DNA of 64,000 bases from the human T2T-CHM13v2.0 reference genome, Homo sapiens: the NCBI RefSeq assembly GCF_009914755.1, contig NC_060930.1; one strand, 5' to 3'. The position numbers and the translations under genes are program-made. Under the pieces are notes generated by a model, which saw nothing but the letters and a program-made list of their open reading frames with translations, had not been told where the DNA came from and did not search any database. Positions 14,001-33,233 of the stretch are shown one piece after another; positions within the stretch are counted from its first letter, which is position 1; the number at the start of each line of letters is the position of its first letter.

Positions 14001-14350
14001 CAGTTGTCGCCTCCGTATCCATCCATAGGGCATTGGTTTCAAGAACTGTGGAAAACAAAATCCACAGAGGCCCAAGTCTCTTATATAACATGATGTTATA
14101 TAAAAATTTGGATAATAAAATGAATTTGCCTGTAACTTACATCGTCTCCTGTATACTGAAATCACTTCTAAATTACTTCAATATTAAACATAATGTGATC
14201 CTGTGTAGTTGTGATACTGTATTGTTTAGGGAATCATGGCAAGGACAAAAAGTCTGTTCGGGACAGACAGAACAATCATAGGTCTAACTACATCTTTGGT
14301 CTTCGGTTGAATCCAAGGTTGCAAACCTTCAGACACGGAAGGGCTGACTG
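14001..14350. mobile_element. MER2/MER2B TcMar-Tigger MITE
   Basis: Inverted ends cagttgtcgcctccgtatcc / acggaagggctgactg; gtattgtttagggaat core. Confidence 0.8.
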
Positions 14351-14368
14351 CACACATGAATTAGAGAG

Positions 14369-14490
14369 CAGTGATTTTCAGACTTGAATGTGGAGATTTG
14401 CCGAATGGGACCTGACAGTCTACATTTCTAACAAGCTTCCAGGGGCTGCTGCCACTCCTGATCCATGGATTAGCCCCTGAATAGCAAGGA
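14369..14490. mobile_element. MER5-like hAT fragment
   Basis: catttctaacaagcttccagggg...gaatagcaagg. Confidence 0.5.
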
Positions 14491-14496
14491 CTGGGA

Positions 14497-15008
<512 letters not shown>

Positions 15009-15295
15009 TGAATAAAAGTGGTTACAATTCAGTGTTCATGAAGTAAAATCTATGTGAAAAACCAAAAGTTAAATTTAGAGGAAACTTTTATCATCTGTTC
15101 TAGAAGAATTTGTACAAAAATTACAATTTGGGCTGAAATAACCTAAGCTAATGACTTTTTGACAAATTAATAGGCTCTCAATCTCCTTCTGATTTTCCTC
15201 CTAATTTTTCCTTCTGCTTGTTCTAGTCCACTGTAGCCCTTCCTCAGTTGCCAGAACTCACATCCTTCCATCCATACTGATCTCTATGTCTCCTC

Positions 15296-16087
<792 letters not shown>

Positions 16088-16683
16088 GTAAAAATAGAGT
16101 AACTATAGGGAACAGATAGCAGGAATTCATTTCCTCCCTTGGTGCTACAGTGATCAAGTTCTTGATGGAATCATGGGATGGGAAGCCTACCCCAGAATGT
16201 CTCTGAACTCCAGGGAATGCCCCCTGCAGGTCTAGGAAGTGCCTATGGGTGCAGTGGCTGGAATATCATGCAGGCAGCCAAAGGCATAGTTTGGAGGGAA
16301 GAAACAGGAAGAAAGGAAGATGAAAGACAAAAATAGAAAGCATAGAAAAAATAAAAAAGAAGAAAATGATCATTCTTTAAGAAAATGATAAATAGCTCCC
16401 CAAGGTGCCAGATATCATTGAGGAGAATAACTCACCAACCCACTGTGGGTTAGGCTCCTAGTTCCCCAAGATGCAGGCTGCATTCCATTCATTATCTACT
16501 GAGTGCCTATTATGTGCCTATTGTGTGTACACAGCGCTAGGAAGCATAGGGGAAAACATTTTTAAGGGACACTAACATCTTTACCCTCAACTGGTTTATA
16601 GTTTTGTAGGAAATTGACTTACACAACCAGTTTTTCAAGGTAGAATATGAATAGTGTTCTAAGAGAGACAAAAAGTGCCATAG

Positions 16684-16973
<290 letters not shown>

Positions 16974-17404
16974 AGGTTTTTTTCTAATATCCTAGGAAAA
17001 GTAATTGTCCAGCCTATTGTAAGAATGTAACCCATTCTTACAAGTAAAATGAATTCTTCAATCTAAGTTTCTTTATATCTAGGCTACAGCATGGAGATAA
17101 TTGATACAAATATTTTCTTATCATCATGGTCCTCAAAGAAAGTACCAGGCCTAATTTGCAATCTAAGTAAACATAAAAAGAAAGTTGTTTAGTAAAGCAA
17201 TTTATTTCATAAGTCACTATTTCTTTCACCATAGCCATATACTATCTTATGCTTAGTAATGAATTTTTAAAAAACATTTTTATTTGTTTTCCTTAAGTGC
17301 CTTCAAAGATATGCTGGGAAAAATATGCTCAGCAATACGTGAGACTTCCCAAAACTGCAATATTTCAAAGATGTCAGAGCATCTGTATCTTAAAAAGCAG
17401 CATA

Positions 17405-17765
<361 letters not shown>

Positions 17766-18213
17766 TCAGCTGCAATTAGTTTATTTTGCAAATATTTAAC
17801 TTTGAAACAGGCATCAGTTATTTAAAGAGAGGTAGCATTGTCTGTGGAATTACCGGTCTGGCTCTTAATATCACCAACAGTCCCCCACATGTGCCTTATG
17901 CCATTGTCTATATGAAAACTTCTCATAGATAATAGATCTTTGACATTCTTAAGAGGCCCAGATCTTTCTGAATCCTTAAACTGTAAATCTCATGAAACAA
18001 TATTATATCATCCCATAAAATTCAGTAAGTATAATTTGAATAGTCTACATGATTGAAGAACAACAAAGCCACACTGACATGTGGCTGTTGAGTGGTTGAC
18101 TAGGCTACGTGTTTCCATGCAGTGCACTAACCTTAACACACATGGGATGCTATTAGCGCTTGGTAAAATTATGGCAAAACGGCCTTCTGCATTGCTTCTA
18201 AAGAGTCAAGACT

Positions 18214-18512
18214 GGCCAGGGTGCGGTGGCTCACACCTGTAATCCCAGCACTCAGGGAGGCCGAGGTGGGCAGATCACTTCAGGTCAGGAGTGTGTAACC
18301 AGCCTGGCCAACATGGTGAAAACCCATCTCTACTAAAAATACAAAAAATTAGCTGGGCGTGGTGCCGAGTGCCTGTAATCCCAGTTACTTCGTAGGCCAA
18401 GGCAGGAGAACTGCTTGAACCCGGGAAGCAGAGGTTGCAGTGAGCCCAGATCGCTCCACTGCACTCAACCCTGGGCGACAGAGTGAGACTCCGTCTCAAG
18501 AAAAAAAAGAAA
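18214..18512 (+). mobile_element. AluS
   Basis: Full dimer; degenerate TSD gagt(c/t)aaga. Confidence 0.9.
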
Positions 18513-18658
18513 GGAGTTAAGATTGTGGATGTTCAATGTGAGTCTAAATGTACAAGTTAGACTGTACAAGCTAAATGTACAAGCTCTGATCAGGTTCTTC
18601 AAATATATACACCCCTCCTTATCTTCCTGTGGTTGTGCACACCCACGTTTATAAACAC

Positions 18659-19123
18659 TGTGGTAGAACCAAAAATGGCACCCTAGAAAGCTGTCCACCT
18701 CAAATCCCTAGAACCTGTGACTCTGACTTTATTTGGTAAAAGGGTCCTTGCAAATGTCATTAAGTTAAGGATCTTGAACAAGATCATCCTGGATTATCCT
18801 TGCAGGCCCTAAATCCAATGACAAGTATCCTTATAAGAGAGAGGCAGAGGGAGATTTGAGACAGAAAAGACACGCAGAGAAGGGAAGACCGTGTGAAAAT
18901 GGAGCCTAGAGAGATGCTGCCACAAGTCAAGGAATGCCACCAGCCACCAGAACCTGGAAAAGGCAAAGAATGGACCCTCTCCTGTGGAGCTGGAGGGAGT
19001 GTAGCCCTATGACATCTTGATTGCAGACTTCTGGCCTCCAGTGCTGTGAGAGAATAAACTTCTGTTGTGGTAAGCCACCAAATTTGTGGCCATTTGTTAC
19101 AGCAGCCCTTGGAAACCAATCCA
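18659..19123 (+). mobile_element. MLT1C-like MaLR LTR
   Basis: TG..CA ends; tccttataagagagaggcag, gagaataaacttctgttg..taagccac. Confidence 0.85.
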
Positions 19124-19645
19124 CACATACACACACTGCAAACTTTTTAGGTTTCAGGAAAAATGTTGCACAAAGTTGTTAAGACAATTAGGTATACTGT
19201 GCATTGTAGAAGCCAGAGTGATATAACAATCACAGTTCTCTCATCAAAATCAAAGCACTTTCTATTTGAAAGTACTTTTCTGTAAGATACAGAGCTTGGT
19301 TATATAAATTATGTACGTCAATAAGGCAATCTAGGCTCACTGCTTGTCTTCATAATTTTATAGCTCTCTCTCTCTCTCTCGGTTCTGGCCACATTTCAGT
19401 AAAGGAAGGGGTTATATAAGCATTCTGGTTTGATGGAAAAGTAATTTTATGATTGAAGTATGAACTGAAATGGCTCTTCCACTGGGCAGAGGCATTAATG
19501 CCATAAAACTGCCTTTAAGGGACTATTAGAGGGTCACCATGACTGCTGCAGCTCAGGGCTGTTACTTTCTAACCATTACATGCCTAATGTCATGTGTATT
19601 ATGCTTTAATAACTATTTAAAAATTTGACCCCATAAGGACAATTT

Positions 19646-20090
19646 TGTAGGGTAGGTTAGGTGTCCCAGATCAGGTTTCCTAGAAACGGAGGCTGAGATG
19701 GGGTTTCTGGTACCTGTGATCTTTTGACAGAGTGCTCTCAAGTGAAATGTGTAGGGGAATAAGGGAAGTAAACTAGCACGGGGAGGAAGCCAGGCGAAGA
19801 TGTAAGCTCGGTGAGGTCTGGCTCCAGCCTAACCCCACAGGAAGCTCTGGAGTGTGTGTGCACCATGCAGTCATCCCACCTTAAGGCAAGAGTCCAGGGC
19901 TTTTAAAGCCTGTATTAACCACTCATTAGCTGCAGACCACATTCCTCCCTGGGGTGGTATAACATCCGAGGGATCTCTGGGCAAGGAGGTGAGGGTGTGG
20001 CTATGAGTCACTGGCAACATTCCCTGTGGCCTGAGATGGGTGCATCAGCAGGTGACAGGACATGCTCAGGGCACCAAGAGCATCCAAGGA
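19646..20090 (-). mobile_element. LTR16-family (ERVL) LTR
   Basis: tgtcccagatcaggtttcctagaaac..ctgagatgggg..gtgctctca resembles reversed LTR16C. Confidence 0.6.
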
Positions 20091-20093
20091 TGC

Positions 20094-20392
<299 letters not shown>

Positions 20393-20929
20393 TTCCAGTC
20401 ACATTTCTAATCACACACCTGATCATTTCAATGACTACATCTGCCTTAAGAGAACTCTCTGAATGTTGGCATTACTGAGCAATGTTGGAATGTCACAAGT
20501 CTTGCAAATATGTCCATCAAATAAGTTCACATTTTAATAGGTTTAATCTGGGAAGAGGGTCTTTCATAAAGAGACGATTTTTAGAATACGTGTGTACGTA
20601 GGAACACAAGCCCGTAAGTTTGGCTGTTGCCACCATGCTCATTACTGACCTTCATCATGTTTATTTTCATGGTCCATATGCCTTTTTCTACTCTCTGTTG
20701 ACCATGTGAAAGTCTGTCTGTGTCAGCATGGTTTACCTTAGTTTATAAGGTCCTCATAGGTATAGGTCACAACTATTTACTGTTCTCTATGTTGCATGTT
20801 GCACAATTATGGGTTTAACAACTGCTTCTTGTTGATATAGGGATGTAACTCTGCTTTTTTATTATGGCAATGATATTCTATTTGATAATTGCCCAGGCCT
20901 TAAACATATGACTAAGGCATCATCCTGAG

Positions 20930-21122
20930 CAGGACTTGCAAACTCAAATACCTCCATGAGCCAGGTAGATAATGTAAAAGAGTGAACCAGGTCGGGTATA
21001 AAACAATAACAGAGTGGAGAGCATAAAGGAATTTCAAATCAAAACGTTCCAAACACTTCACAGGTCAAACAAAACACCTCTGTGGGTCAGATCTGGCCAA
21101 TGGTTCACCAGTTAGTGGCCTA
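20930..21122. mobile_element. hAT-Charlie MITE (MER102-like), internally deleted
   Basis: ttgcaaactcaaat..ccaggtagataatgtaaa..caaacaaaacacctctgtggg. Confidence 0.5.
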
Positions 21123-21520
21123 AAGGCTAGGTCTGAACTCAAAGCCGGAAACTCAGGCCAATTACAGGTGTCCTGGATCTGTCTTAGGTTTGCCAAAAGC
21201 TATCATTACTTGTCCCTGCCTACCGTGGGTGATCTGAAATACCAGATTTTTCAGTCATGCTGCCCTGCCTGTAGAACCAGACCTGGAGATTTTGAGATAC
21301 TTCCTGGCTTGCCAGGGAAATCTGAGTCATAGGTGCCCCATTTACTTAACACAACCACAAAAAAACACCTTCAAAGAGCCTATTTCCTATTGTAGTGCCC
21401 TATATCTAGGAGGCACTCCTTAAATACTTCTTGATGACACAAGCAAGCTACTTTCATAATGCTTGATTTCAAGTCTTTATAACCCATCCAGTGGTCTTCA
21501 TTCTAAGAATTAAGTGTAGG

Positions 21521-21827
<307 letters not shown>

Positions 21828-21869
21828 TTAAGTGTTCACAGTTTAATTATGATGCAAAGATTACATATA

Positions 21870-22875
<1,006 letters not shown>

Positions 22876-24850
22876 GTTACATGTGCTATGAAGGTTTTTG
22901 TCATAAGCACCAAATACTGTGTACATGAATTTACTGCCATGTAACTTTCAGTGCTTTTCTTACTCCTGGCACATAGTAGGCCATCAATAGATGTTTGTTG
23001 AAGGAATGGTGAATGGTTTCTAAGAAGCTAGAATATTCAGTGAATTGGGCTGGAGGATTCTGATTTAAATTTCTGGAGGCTATCCTGAAAATCCATGGAT
23101 TTTCTTTCCTACAAGAAAGAAACTAGCATGAAGCTTGGCATATGGCATGCTCTCAATAAATAGCAGTTCCTTCCCTCTTTTTTCAAAACAGTTCTAAAAT
23201 GTATTATTCTACTTTCTTAGTATCAACCTTTTCAGCTTTATAATGAATTATCAATGGAAATAGGAGTAGAAATTTTAAAAGACCAATCTTATTTGTGTCC
23301 AGTAGTGGGAGTCACACTCAGCTAAGAAATGGTTTTTTGATGTTAAAATTTGAATAAACGGGCTAGTACAGTGGTTCTCAGTGCATCAGAATCACCTGAA
23401 GAATTGATCTGGGGTGGGGCTCAAGAAGCTGCATTTCCAACAAGTTCTAAGGGAGACCAGCATTTCTTCCTTTTAAAAAAATTTTTTTAATTTTTGAAAC
23501 AATCACAAAATTACAGGGAAATCAGAGATACAATTCAAAGAACTATTTCTACTGAGCCATTTGAGAGCAAATTGCTGACATCACCTGTGTGGAATTTCTA
23601 CAAACAAGATATTCTACATAACCGAAATATAACCATCAGAATCAGGAAAGAAACACTGATGCGTTAGTACTATCTAATCTTCACATCCCATTCAAATTTT
23701 ACCAGTTGCCCCAATAACATTGTTTACAGCTAATGATCCAGTTCAAACCATGCATTGCAGTTACTTGTCATATGTCTCTAGCCATGAAACACTTCCTCAG
23801 TAACTCCTTGACTTTCCTGACCCTGACACTTTTGAAGATTACAGGCCAGTTATTTTTTAGCGCCCCTTAATTTGGGCTTCTCTATTTCCTCAAGTGTAGA
23901 TTCAGGTTATGAATCTTGGGAGGCATATCATAGAAATGCCTCTGTGTTCTTCTCAGTGTATCAGGTGCCACACAATAGTAATGTGTTGCATTTCTGATGA
24001 TGCTAACTTTTATCATTTAATAAAGGTGCTGTCAGTCTTCTCCACTATAAAGTTATTCTTTTCCTCTTTGCAATTAATAAATATTTTGTGGAGAGATGCT
24101 GTGAAATAATCCAAATATCCCATTCTTCATCAAACTTTCATTTATTTATTTATAGCTCTATGGATGTGATTTCCAATTTTATTCAATAGGGTTAGAATTC
24201 ATCATTATTATTTATTTTGATATTCAGATTGTCCCTCAGTAGGCTAGTTGGAGCCCCTCTACCTGTCTTCTATGCCTTTTGACTTGTCCCCAACACTTTC
24301 TGAGCACTTCCTGACTTTCAGGCACAACAAGATGTTCCAGACTCATCTCGCACTTTCCATGCTACAGCCCTGGAATCAGCCATTTCTCCAAGGAGCCATA
24401 ATTCCTTTTAATTGCAAATGGTGTTTGAGGCCAAAATCTAGGTGCTCAGTGTGCTTATTGATATCGGAGTGTTGTTCCTCTAGGCCTTTTCAGCGAGAGC
24501 TAAGTAATATACATACATACGTATGTTAGGCATTGATTGCTGTATAACAAATTACCACAAATTTAGCATCTTAAAACAACACACATTCATTACCTCACAG
24601 TTTTGTGGCTCAGGAGTCCTGGCATGGCTTAGTGGAATCCTCTGCTTTAAATTCTCACAAAATGTCAACTGAGGCTATGGTTTTATCTCAGGGTTCATCT
24701 GAGGAAAGACACGCTTTCAAGCTCATGTGGTAGCAAGATTCAGGTCTTTCTGGGTGTGCTGAACTGAGGGCCTCAGGCTTTTACTGGCTATTGGCTGAAG
24801 GCTACCCTCAGTTCCTTGCCATGTGGGCCTCTCCCTAGGGCGATTCATCA

Positions 24851-25175
<325 letters not shown>

Positions 25176-25179
25176 CAGA

Positions 25180-25479
<300 letters not shown>

Positions 25480-25911
25480 GCAAAAGAGAGTCTCCAAGCA
25501 AGATGGACATTATAATCTTATGTAACATACTCACAGAAATGACATTCCATTCTATTTGCTATATTCTCTTGGTTAGAAGTGAGTCATAGGCTCTGCCCAC
25601 ACTCAAGGGGAAACCATGAATACTGGGGGTGAATACAGGGGGTGCAGATCATTCCAGGGCATCTCAGGAGCATCTTTAACACATGGTAGATGCAAGAGGA
25701 GACTCAGGCCTCCCAAAGTGAATAAGTGGGGGCCTTCTGAGAGTATGCCCACCACAATACATATATATGGATGTTCATTTATGTTTATAAGTCTATCTAT
25801 TCATCTATCTTGAAAACTCTGATTCATACTAATACACCCAATTCTAATCCAAAACCACAATATTCATCTTAGTTTTCTTCCTTTCCATATTTTTAACTCC
25901 CCTGACAGTGA

Positions 25912-26346
<435 letters not shown>

Positions 26347-27078
26347 TGATGCCCCATGTCAGGCTGCCCCCAGGTAAGGATGCTCAGATACACACATCAA
26401 GCACCCCCGTGAGTGGATGCGCCTCACCCTGTAGGCTGTGACTCCCGGGCTGACCTCCCCCTTGCATGGAGGCCCCTTTACCTGGTGTGGCTCTGACGCA
26501 CCGCAGCCCTGTCTCTCCCCTCCCTGTGAATGCCCACCTCACTCTGCCCCATCTCATACTTCAGGACTCAATCATTCAGGAAGAAAGGGATAAGAAAGGA
26601 AGGAGCACATTTCTCTTTAATGTTTCCATTTTCCTCATTAAATACAGTTCCCCTGCCCTCCCCCAAAATATGAGAGAGAGGGTACAAAACATTCCCTGAA
26701 CAGATGGTGTAAAGTACGAGTGGCTATTCTATAAACTTGCAGCTTATTAGCTGGAGTTGAAGGAACTCTCCTGTGTGAGGCAGCAGGGAAAAATATAAAG
26801 GAGGGACAAATGGAAATAGTCATGCACAGTGTTTTCATTTCACCTCCATGCTCTGCTCCGGCTCTGCTCTTTTCCAGTCTGAGATGCCCACTCTTTCTCC
26901 TTTGCATTAGTTCAATTCCTTACTCCATTCAAGGGCCCCTCTCAAGGTTCCTTCCATAGAAATCTCTCACTAACTTGAGCCCAGCTATTTTCCCCTCCTT
27001 TGAAATTCCAACCCATTTTCAGTCTTTGCCACTCACATTCTAGCACTTGATTCTACATGAACTTGCACTGGTCTCTAG

Positions 27079-27375
<297 letters not shown>

Positions 27376-28129
27376 TCTAGCTTTTTCATATATACATTTT
27401 TTTCCTCCTAAGCTAGACAATAAATTCCTTATAAATACACTTCATTGTGTGTTTCATGTGCTTGTTGAGTGATGAAGAACAGCCTTGCTGTGGAGTGATA
27501 TGATATTGACGGGAAGAGGGGAAGATGGAAACCCTTTCAGAAGGGTGGCCACTAGCTATTTCATCTGTTTCTTTGCTTAGCTCACTCTCTTCACTTGAGA
27601 GCAGGCACAGCATTGAGATGTTCAATAAATACATACTGAATTATAATTTAACATTTACGGCAACCACGATTTCTCCAGAACACATGGACCCCAGAATACA
27701 TGTGCGACGTATTTCAATGACCCCAAATGGATAATCAATTACATGCACATAAAACTGGAGGGATGGCTTTATTTCTATCCCTGTTTTTCTGAACCCTGTA
27801 CATCATACTAGCCCTGTAATTTTGAGGATCTTGCTGAATGTGAATGCACAATTATTCCCACAAAGCATTGAAACAGGGATCACAGGTTAAGATTATGTTC
27901 TGATACGGCATCAAACTTTAAAAAGGCAGCAACCTTTGCTGCAATAAGAAAATAGTACGACCAATTTCCTAGTGTGCTGAGTAGCCTTATTGCATCCTAG
28001 CCAGGGTGTTTAAGGGGATTGTTTCTCACAAATCCTTCAAAGGTATCCAGTGTATGGAGCTACATGTGATTTGAATTTCAGACTTATTTAAGTAACAGCT
28101 TAGAAGTTTGTCTAATTACAAAATCCCTA

Positions 28130-28474
<345 letters not shown>

Positions 28475-29068
28475 TTAAATAGCTTGACCCAAATCACTAA
28501 AAAGCCTCAGATCTGGAAAACCTTGACCTTTTGACCAGTATCTCTTTCTGAAGTCATTGGGGATATTATCATTTTGGTTTTTTTTTTGTCTTGTTGGTGT
28601 TCACAATGAATAAGAAGACAGTGGCTTTGGCTTGCACATTGTATTCAGGTGATGGTATCAAGCCTTCTCTAATCACCCCAATCTAATATCCAGCTAGTCA
28701 AAACAGACCTAGAGCATAACATCACACGATCACAACACACAGTACATCCATTTGGCAGCTGCTGGGAGGACAGCCGCAGTTCCTCTCGGCTGAACGTGGC
28801 TCCTTTAAGGGGCGGCCGCAGGAAAGAATGCATGTGTGCTGCCAAAACAACATGTGAGCCGGCGAAGATGATCCTGAACTTGAGCACGTGAAGAGGGTGA
28901 TGCAAAACATAGACCGCGCTCTTTCTTTTTGGCAAAAACAAGAGACAAAAGACACCTTGCAGGAGAGAGGAAGGGAATTTTTAGATGTGATAGTTATAGC
29001 CATGTTCAGAGGATTTTCCCATCAAGTAGAATAGTTGAGTCTAGTTCCATAAGTAACTGGATACACAT

Positions 29069-29070
<2 letters not shown>

Positions 29071-29103
<33 letters not shown>
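29071..29103. repeat. (AC)n microsatellite
   Basis: Read directly. Confidence 0.95.
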
Positions 29104-29106
<3 letters not shown>

Positions 29107-29244
29107 GCACGCTCGTTTAGTTGCCCAGGGAGTATCTTAAGAAATCAAACTAGCATTTTGACTTTTGTTCCATATGTCAGGGATCACTCAGAGGTTGCCT
29201 CTGAGCATTCTTGTTCCTTGTGGAGCACTGAGGGGAATGACTGC

Positions 29245-29292
29245 TTTAGGATAGGGCTTTTTTTTTTTTTTTTTTTTTTTTAGGATAGGGCT
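29245..29292 (-). other. T24 tract flanked by direct repeat aggatagggct (candidate poly(A)-only retro-insertion)
   Basis: tttaggatagggc-T24-aggatagggct. Confidence 0.6.
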
Positions 29293-30044
29293 AGCTCATA
29301 AAGAACTGTTTGCTGAAGTCCTTTGTTTGCTTAACTACCATCCTGAATCAACGTACTCTTGTGATGCGGATGAGACTGTTAAAACGAGGCTGGACAAGAG
29401 TGCGCAGTGTAAATCTACTCTCAAACACACAAGCGGTTGAAAATGCCCCTATCTGAGAAACTAAGTAACAAATGAGAAGCTTTTGTGCTCAAGAGAGGTT
29501 CTGTGATGATTCCTTTGTTTAGCAAATACCTCAGTTATTTTGGCTATGTATCTGCATTTTCAATTTTCCGGGTGCTTAGTTTAAGTTCCACCTGTACTAA
29601 TCAGAATGTTGTTTTAAAAAAAATACTGGAAATGATTGCATTTTCCTTTGCCAGACTACTAGGTAGTGAAACAGCAGGGGCTTTGGAGTCAGACCTAACT
29701 AGAACCCACTTCTGTCCCTAACTAGTAAAAGCAAAAAGGTCATTTTGCCTCTCTGATTTTCAGTGTTTGTATCTGTAAAACGGGGGCCATTCTTCCAAGT
29801 TCACAGAGCAGTGTGCGGTACAGTGCTGGCCTGCAGTAGGTGCGCAGGGAATGAAAGTGATGATTGCTTTTGTTAATTACACAGTCAGAAGCCTACAGAG
29901 CTTGCACGTCATAGAAGGCCACCACCTCAGACCTAATTCCTGTTCAGGCCAAGGAGAGGGTAACAGCCAGCTCCTCAGACTGTTCAAAATTCAGAGCATA
30001 GATTCTACAGGAAGGCAGATTGAGAAAACATGTCCTTCGAAATC

Positions 30045-30650
30045 CATCAGAGGCACAAAAGGACAAATACTGTATAATTCCACTTATATGAGGAACCTAG
30101 ACTAGGAAAATTTATAGGGACACAGAATCAAATAAAGGGTCCCAAGGGATTGGAGAATGAGGAGGCATTGTTTATAGGGTACAGAGTTTGTGTCTGGGAT
30201 GGTGAAAAAGTTCTAGAGATAGTGATGATGGTTGCATAACCATGCCAACGTACTTAATACCACTGAATTGTACACTTAAAAATGTTGAAAATGGCAAATT
30301 TTGGGCTGGTCATGGTAGCTCATGCCTGTAATTTCAGCATTTTGGGAGGCTGAGGCAGGAGGATTACTTGAGCCCAGGATTTCAGTGCCAGTCTGGGCAA
30401 TATAGTGAGACCCTGTCTCTACAAAAAAAATTAAAGAACTAGCCAGGTGTGGTGGCATGCACCTGTGGTCCCAACTACACAGGAGGCTGAGGCAGGAAGA
30501 TGGCTTGTGCCCAAGAGGTCAAGGCTGCAGTGAGCCATGTTCACACCACTATACTCCAGCCTGGTGGACACAGTGAGATCCTATCTCAAATAAAATAAAA
30601 TAGTAAAATTTTATGTCATATATGTTTTACCATAATTTTTAAAAAGAGAA
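30045..30650 (+). mobile_element. L1MB 3' end split by AluJ (30304-30600)
   Basis: cacaaaaggacaaatactgtat..ccactgaattgtacacttaaaaatg..ttttaccataat. Confidence 0.8.
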
Positions 30651-30844
30651 AAAAAATCATTGGAATGAAGCAAATTAAGATACATCCACTTGTGGAATTC
30701 TATGTAGCTGTTAGAGGGAATGGGGTAGATTTTATTCTACTGACATGGAAAGATGCCCAAGATATACAGCTAAATGAAAAAAGCAAGCTGCAATCGTATG
30801 TGTAGTATAACGCCAGTTTTGTTTTTTTTTCTGCTTGAATTTCT

Positions 30845-30970
30845 TTACATTCATTAACTGATCTAATCTTCACAACACACCTATGATGTATATATTGTTA
30901 CCATGACTCCATTTTGCAGATGAGGAAACTAAGGCACAGAGAGGTTAAGAACCTTGCCCCAGGTCACAGA
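30845..30970 (-). mobile_element. MIR fragment
   Basis: cattttgcagatgaggaaactaaggcacagagaggttaag core. Confidence 0.75.
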
Positions 30971-30991
30971 TCTAATATGCAGTAAAGCTAG

Positions 30992-31306
<315 letters not shown>

Positions 31307-31349
31307 GAGCTACAATTTTGACGCAAATCCAACTATCTGGCCCCCAAAA

Positions 31350-31500
31350 TCTGAGTTCCAAAACCTTCAGCATCAGCTTCCCTGGGAGCATTTTAGAGAT
31401 GTGGATTCTCTGGCTGTGCCCCAGACCTACTGAATAAGAATCTGCAGGGTAACTATCCCCAGATGATTCTTGTGCACATTAAAGTCTGGGAAGACTGAAG
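31350..31500. mobile_element. MER5A-like
   Basis: cagcatcagc..cctgggag..ccagacctactgaat..gaatctgca. Confidence 0.6.
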
Positions 31501-31772
31501 CCTAAAGCACCATGCAACACAACGCCAGTTTTATAGTAAGTTTAATATATGCATAAAATAATTTACTTGGAATTCTGTGGCCTTTTAAGTTTTTTAACTG
31601 AGCAATGTATTCTAGAAACTAGACCAAAAAATCTGTGTTAAATTGGCCATGAACCAGGTTCACATCCTGTGTCATCACTGGCTTAGGAGTTACTCTGTCA
31701 GAGTTTAGAAATGTGTTTCTCTTGGAGCTCCTGCCTAAAGCTTTCCTAATGTAGTCCTTTACAATATAATAA

Positions 31773-32113
<341 letters not shown>

Positions 32114-32582
32114 AAGTTGAACTCAATTCTGAATTATAATGCATTCATTTTGAACATGGTGAAGGCTTTAATTAATTTAAGAAATTGTTTAGTAAATAAA
32201 TTGTTATGCTAGTTAATAGACTTGTAAGGGGACACATTTAACTGCTTAAATAAAGCCAGATCCTTTTCTAATTTGAAGGATTTTAGTACATTCATTATTA
32301 GTGATTGTAAGTCAGACGTCAACATTTACTAAAGGAACATGAGAGTGCTTCTCCGTAGACAGTCTGGAAGTACTTAACTAATTGGTTAAATGTAGTTTAA
32401 TCTACTAGAACAAATTTCCTTACAAATAATTCTATAATTCGTACACTTTAAGTAGTGAAGTCTACTACCTTTCCACACCCATTCTTGCAACTGAGCTGGA
32501 TTAATGAGGTTTTATTTTACCAAGGTTTGAATAATAATTATGTAGTGATCATGAGGTTGATTAAACTCTGAAGTAAGAATGT

Positions 32583-32830
32583 TTCACTTAACAGCTCCAT
32601 GCCTCAGTTTCTCCATCTGTAAAATGAGCATATTAAGGGGCACAAGCAGGGTCACAACATGTAGTTGTGGTGGTTGCGCAGGTTGAGAACTGCACAACTC
32701 TAGGGGGCACCATTTACAACCTGCATGGTTGTGGGCTGCTCCTCTGCTTGGAGGGTTCCTGAGAGGATTAAATGAGTTAATACACACAGCCCAAGTGAAA
32801 TTGTGCCTGGAACAGAATAAGCACTGCTTA
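32583..32830 (+). mobile_element. MIR interrupted by a short hAT (MER91-like) insert at ~32647-32735
   Basis: MIR core gcctcagtttctccatctgtaaaatg resumes at gaggattaaatgagttaata. Confidence 0.6.
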
Positions 32831-33097
32831 AGTGTTTAATGTTAACAGAATAGGTATTGATTCAAGGAGTTTTTGCTTTCACATAAATATTGTAATAAAC
32901 GTCAAGAGAAATGAATTTGGAGGGTATCATGCACTTTCCTCAATAAAAATCGATATGATAAGCAATTACTGTATTATATTCATATTCTTCCATTTAAACA
33001 GTCAGAAAAGCAACCTATAATATAAAGACAAAGCGGACATTTCTGCCTTCAAGGGCCCCATAAGCTAGTAATAGACACACGAGAACAAATTGCTCAG

Positions 33098-33233
33098 GAG
33101 ACCGGGCACAGTGGCTCATGCCTGTAATCCCAGCACTTTGGGAGGCCGAGGCGGCCAGATCACTTGAGGTCAGGAGTTTGAGATCAGCCTGGCCAACATG
33201 GTGACACCCCGTCTCTACTAAAAATACAAAAAT
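33098..33233 (+). mobile_element. Alu left monomer only, followed by MIR (~33255-33480)
   Basis: Alu stops after ctaaaaatacaaaaat. Confidence 0.8.
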
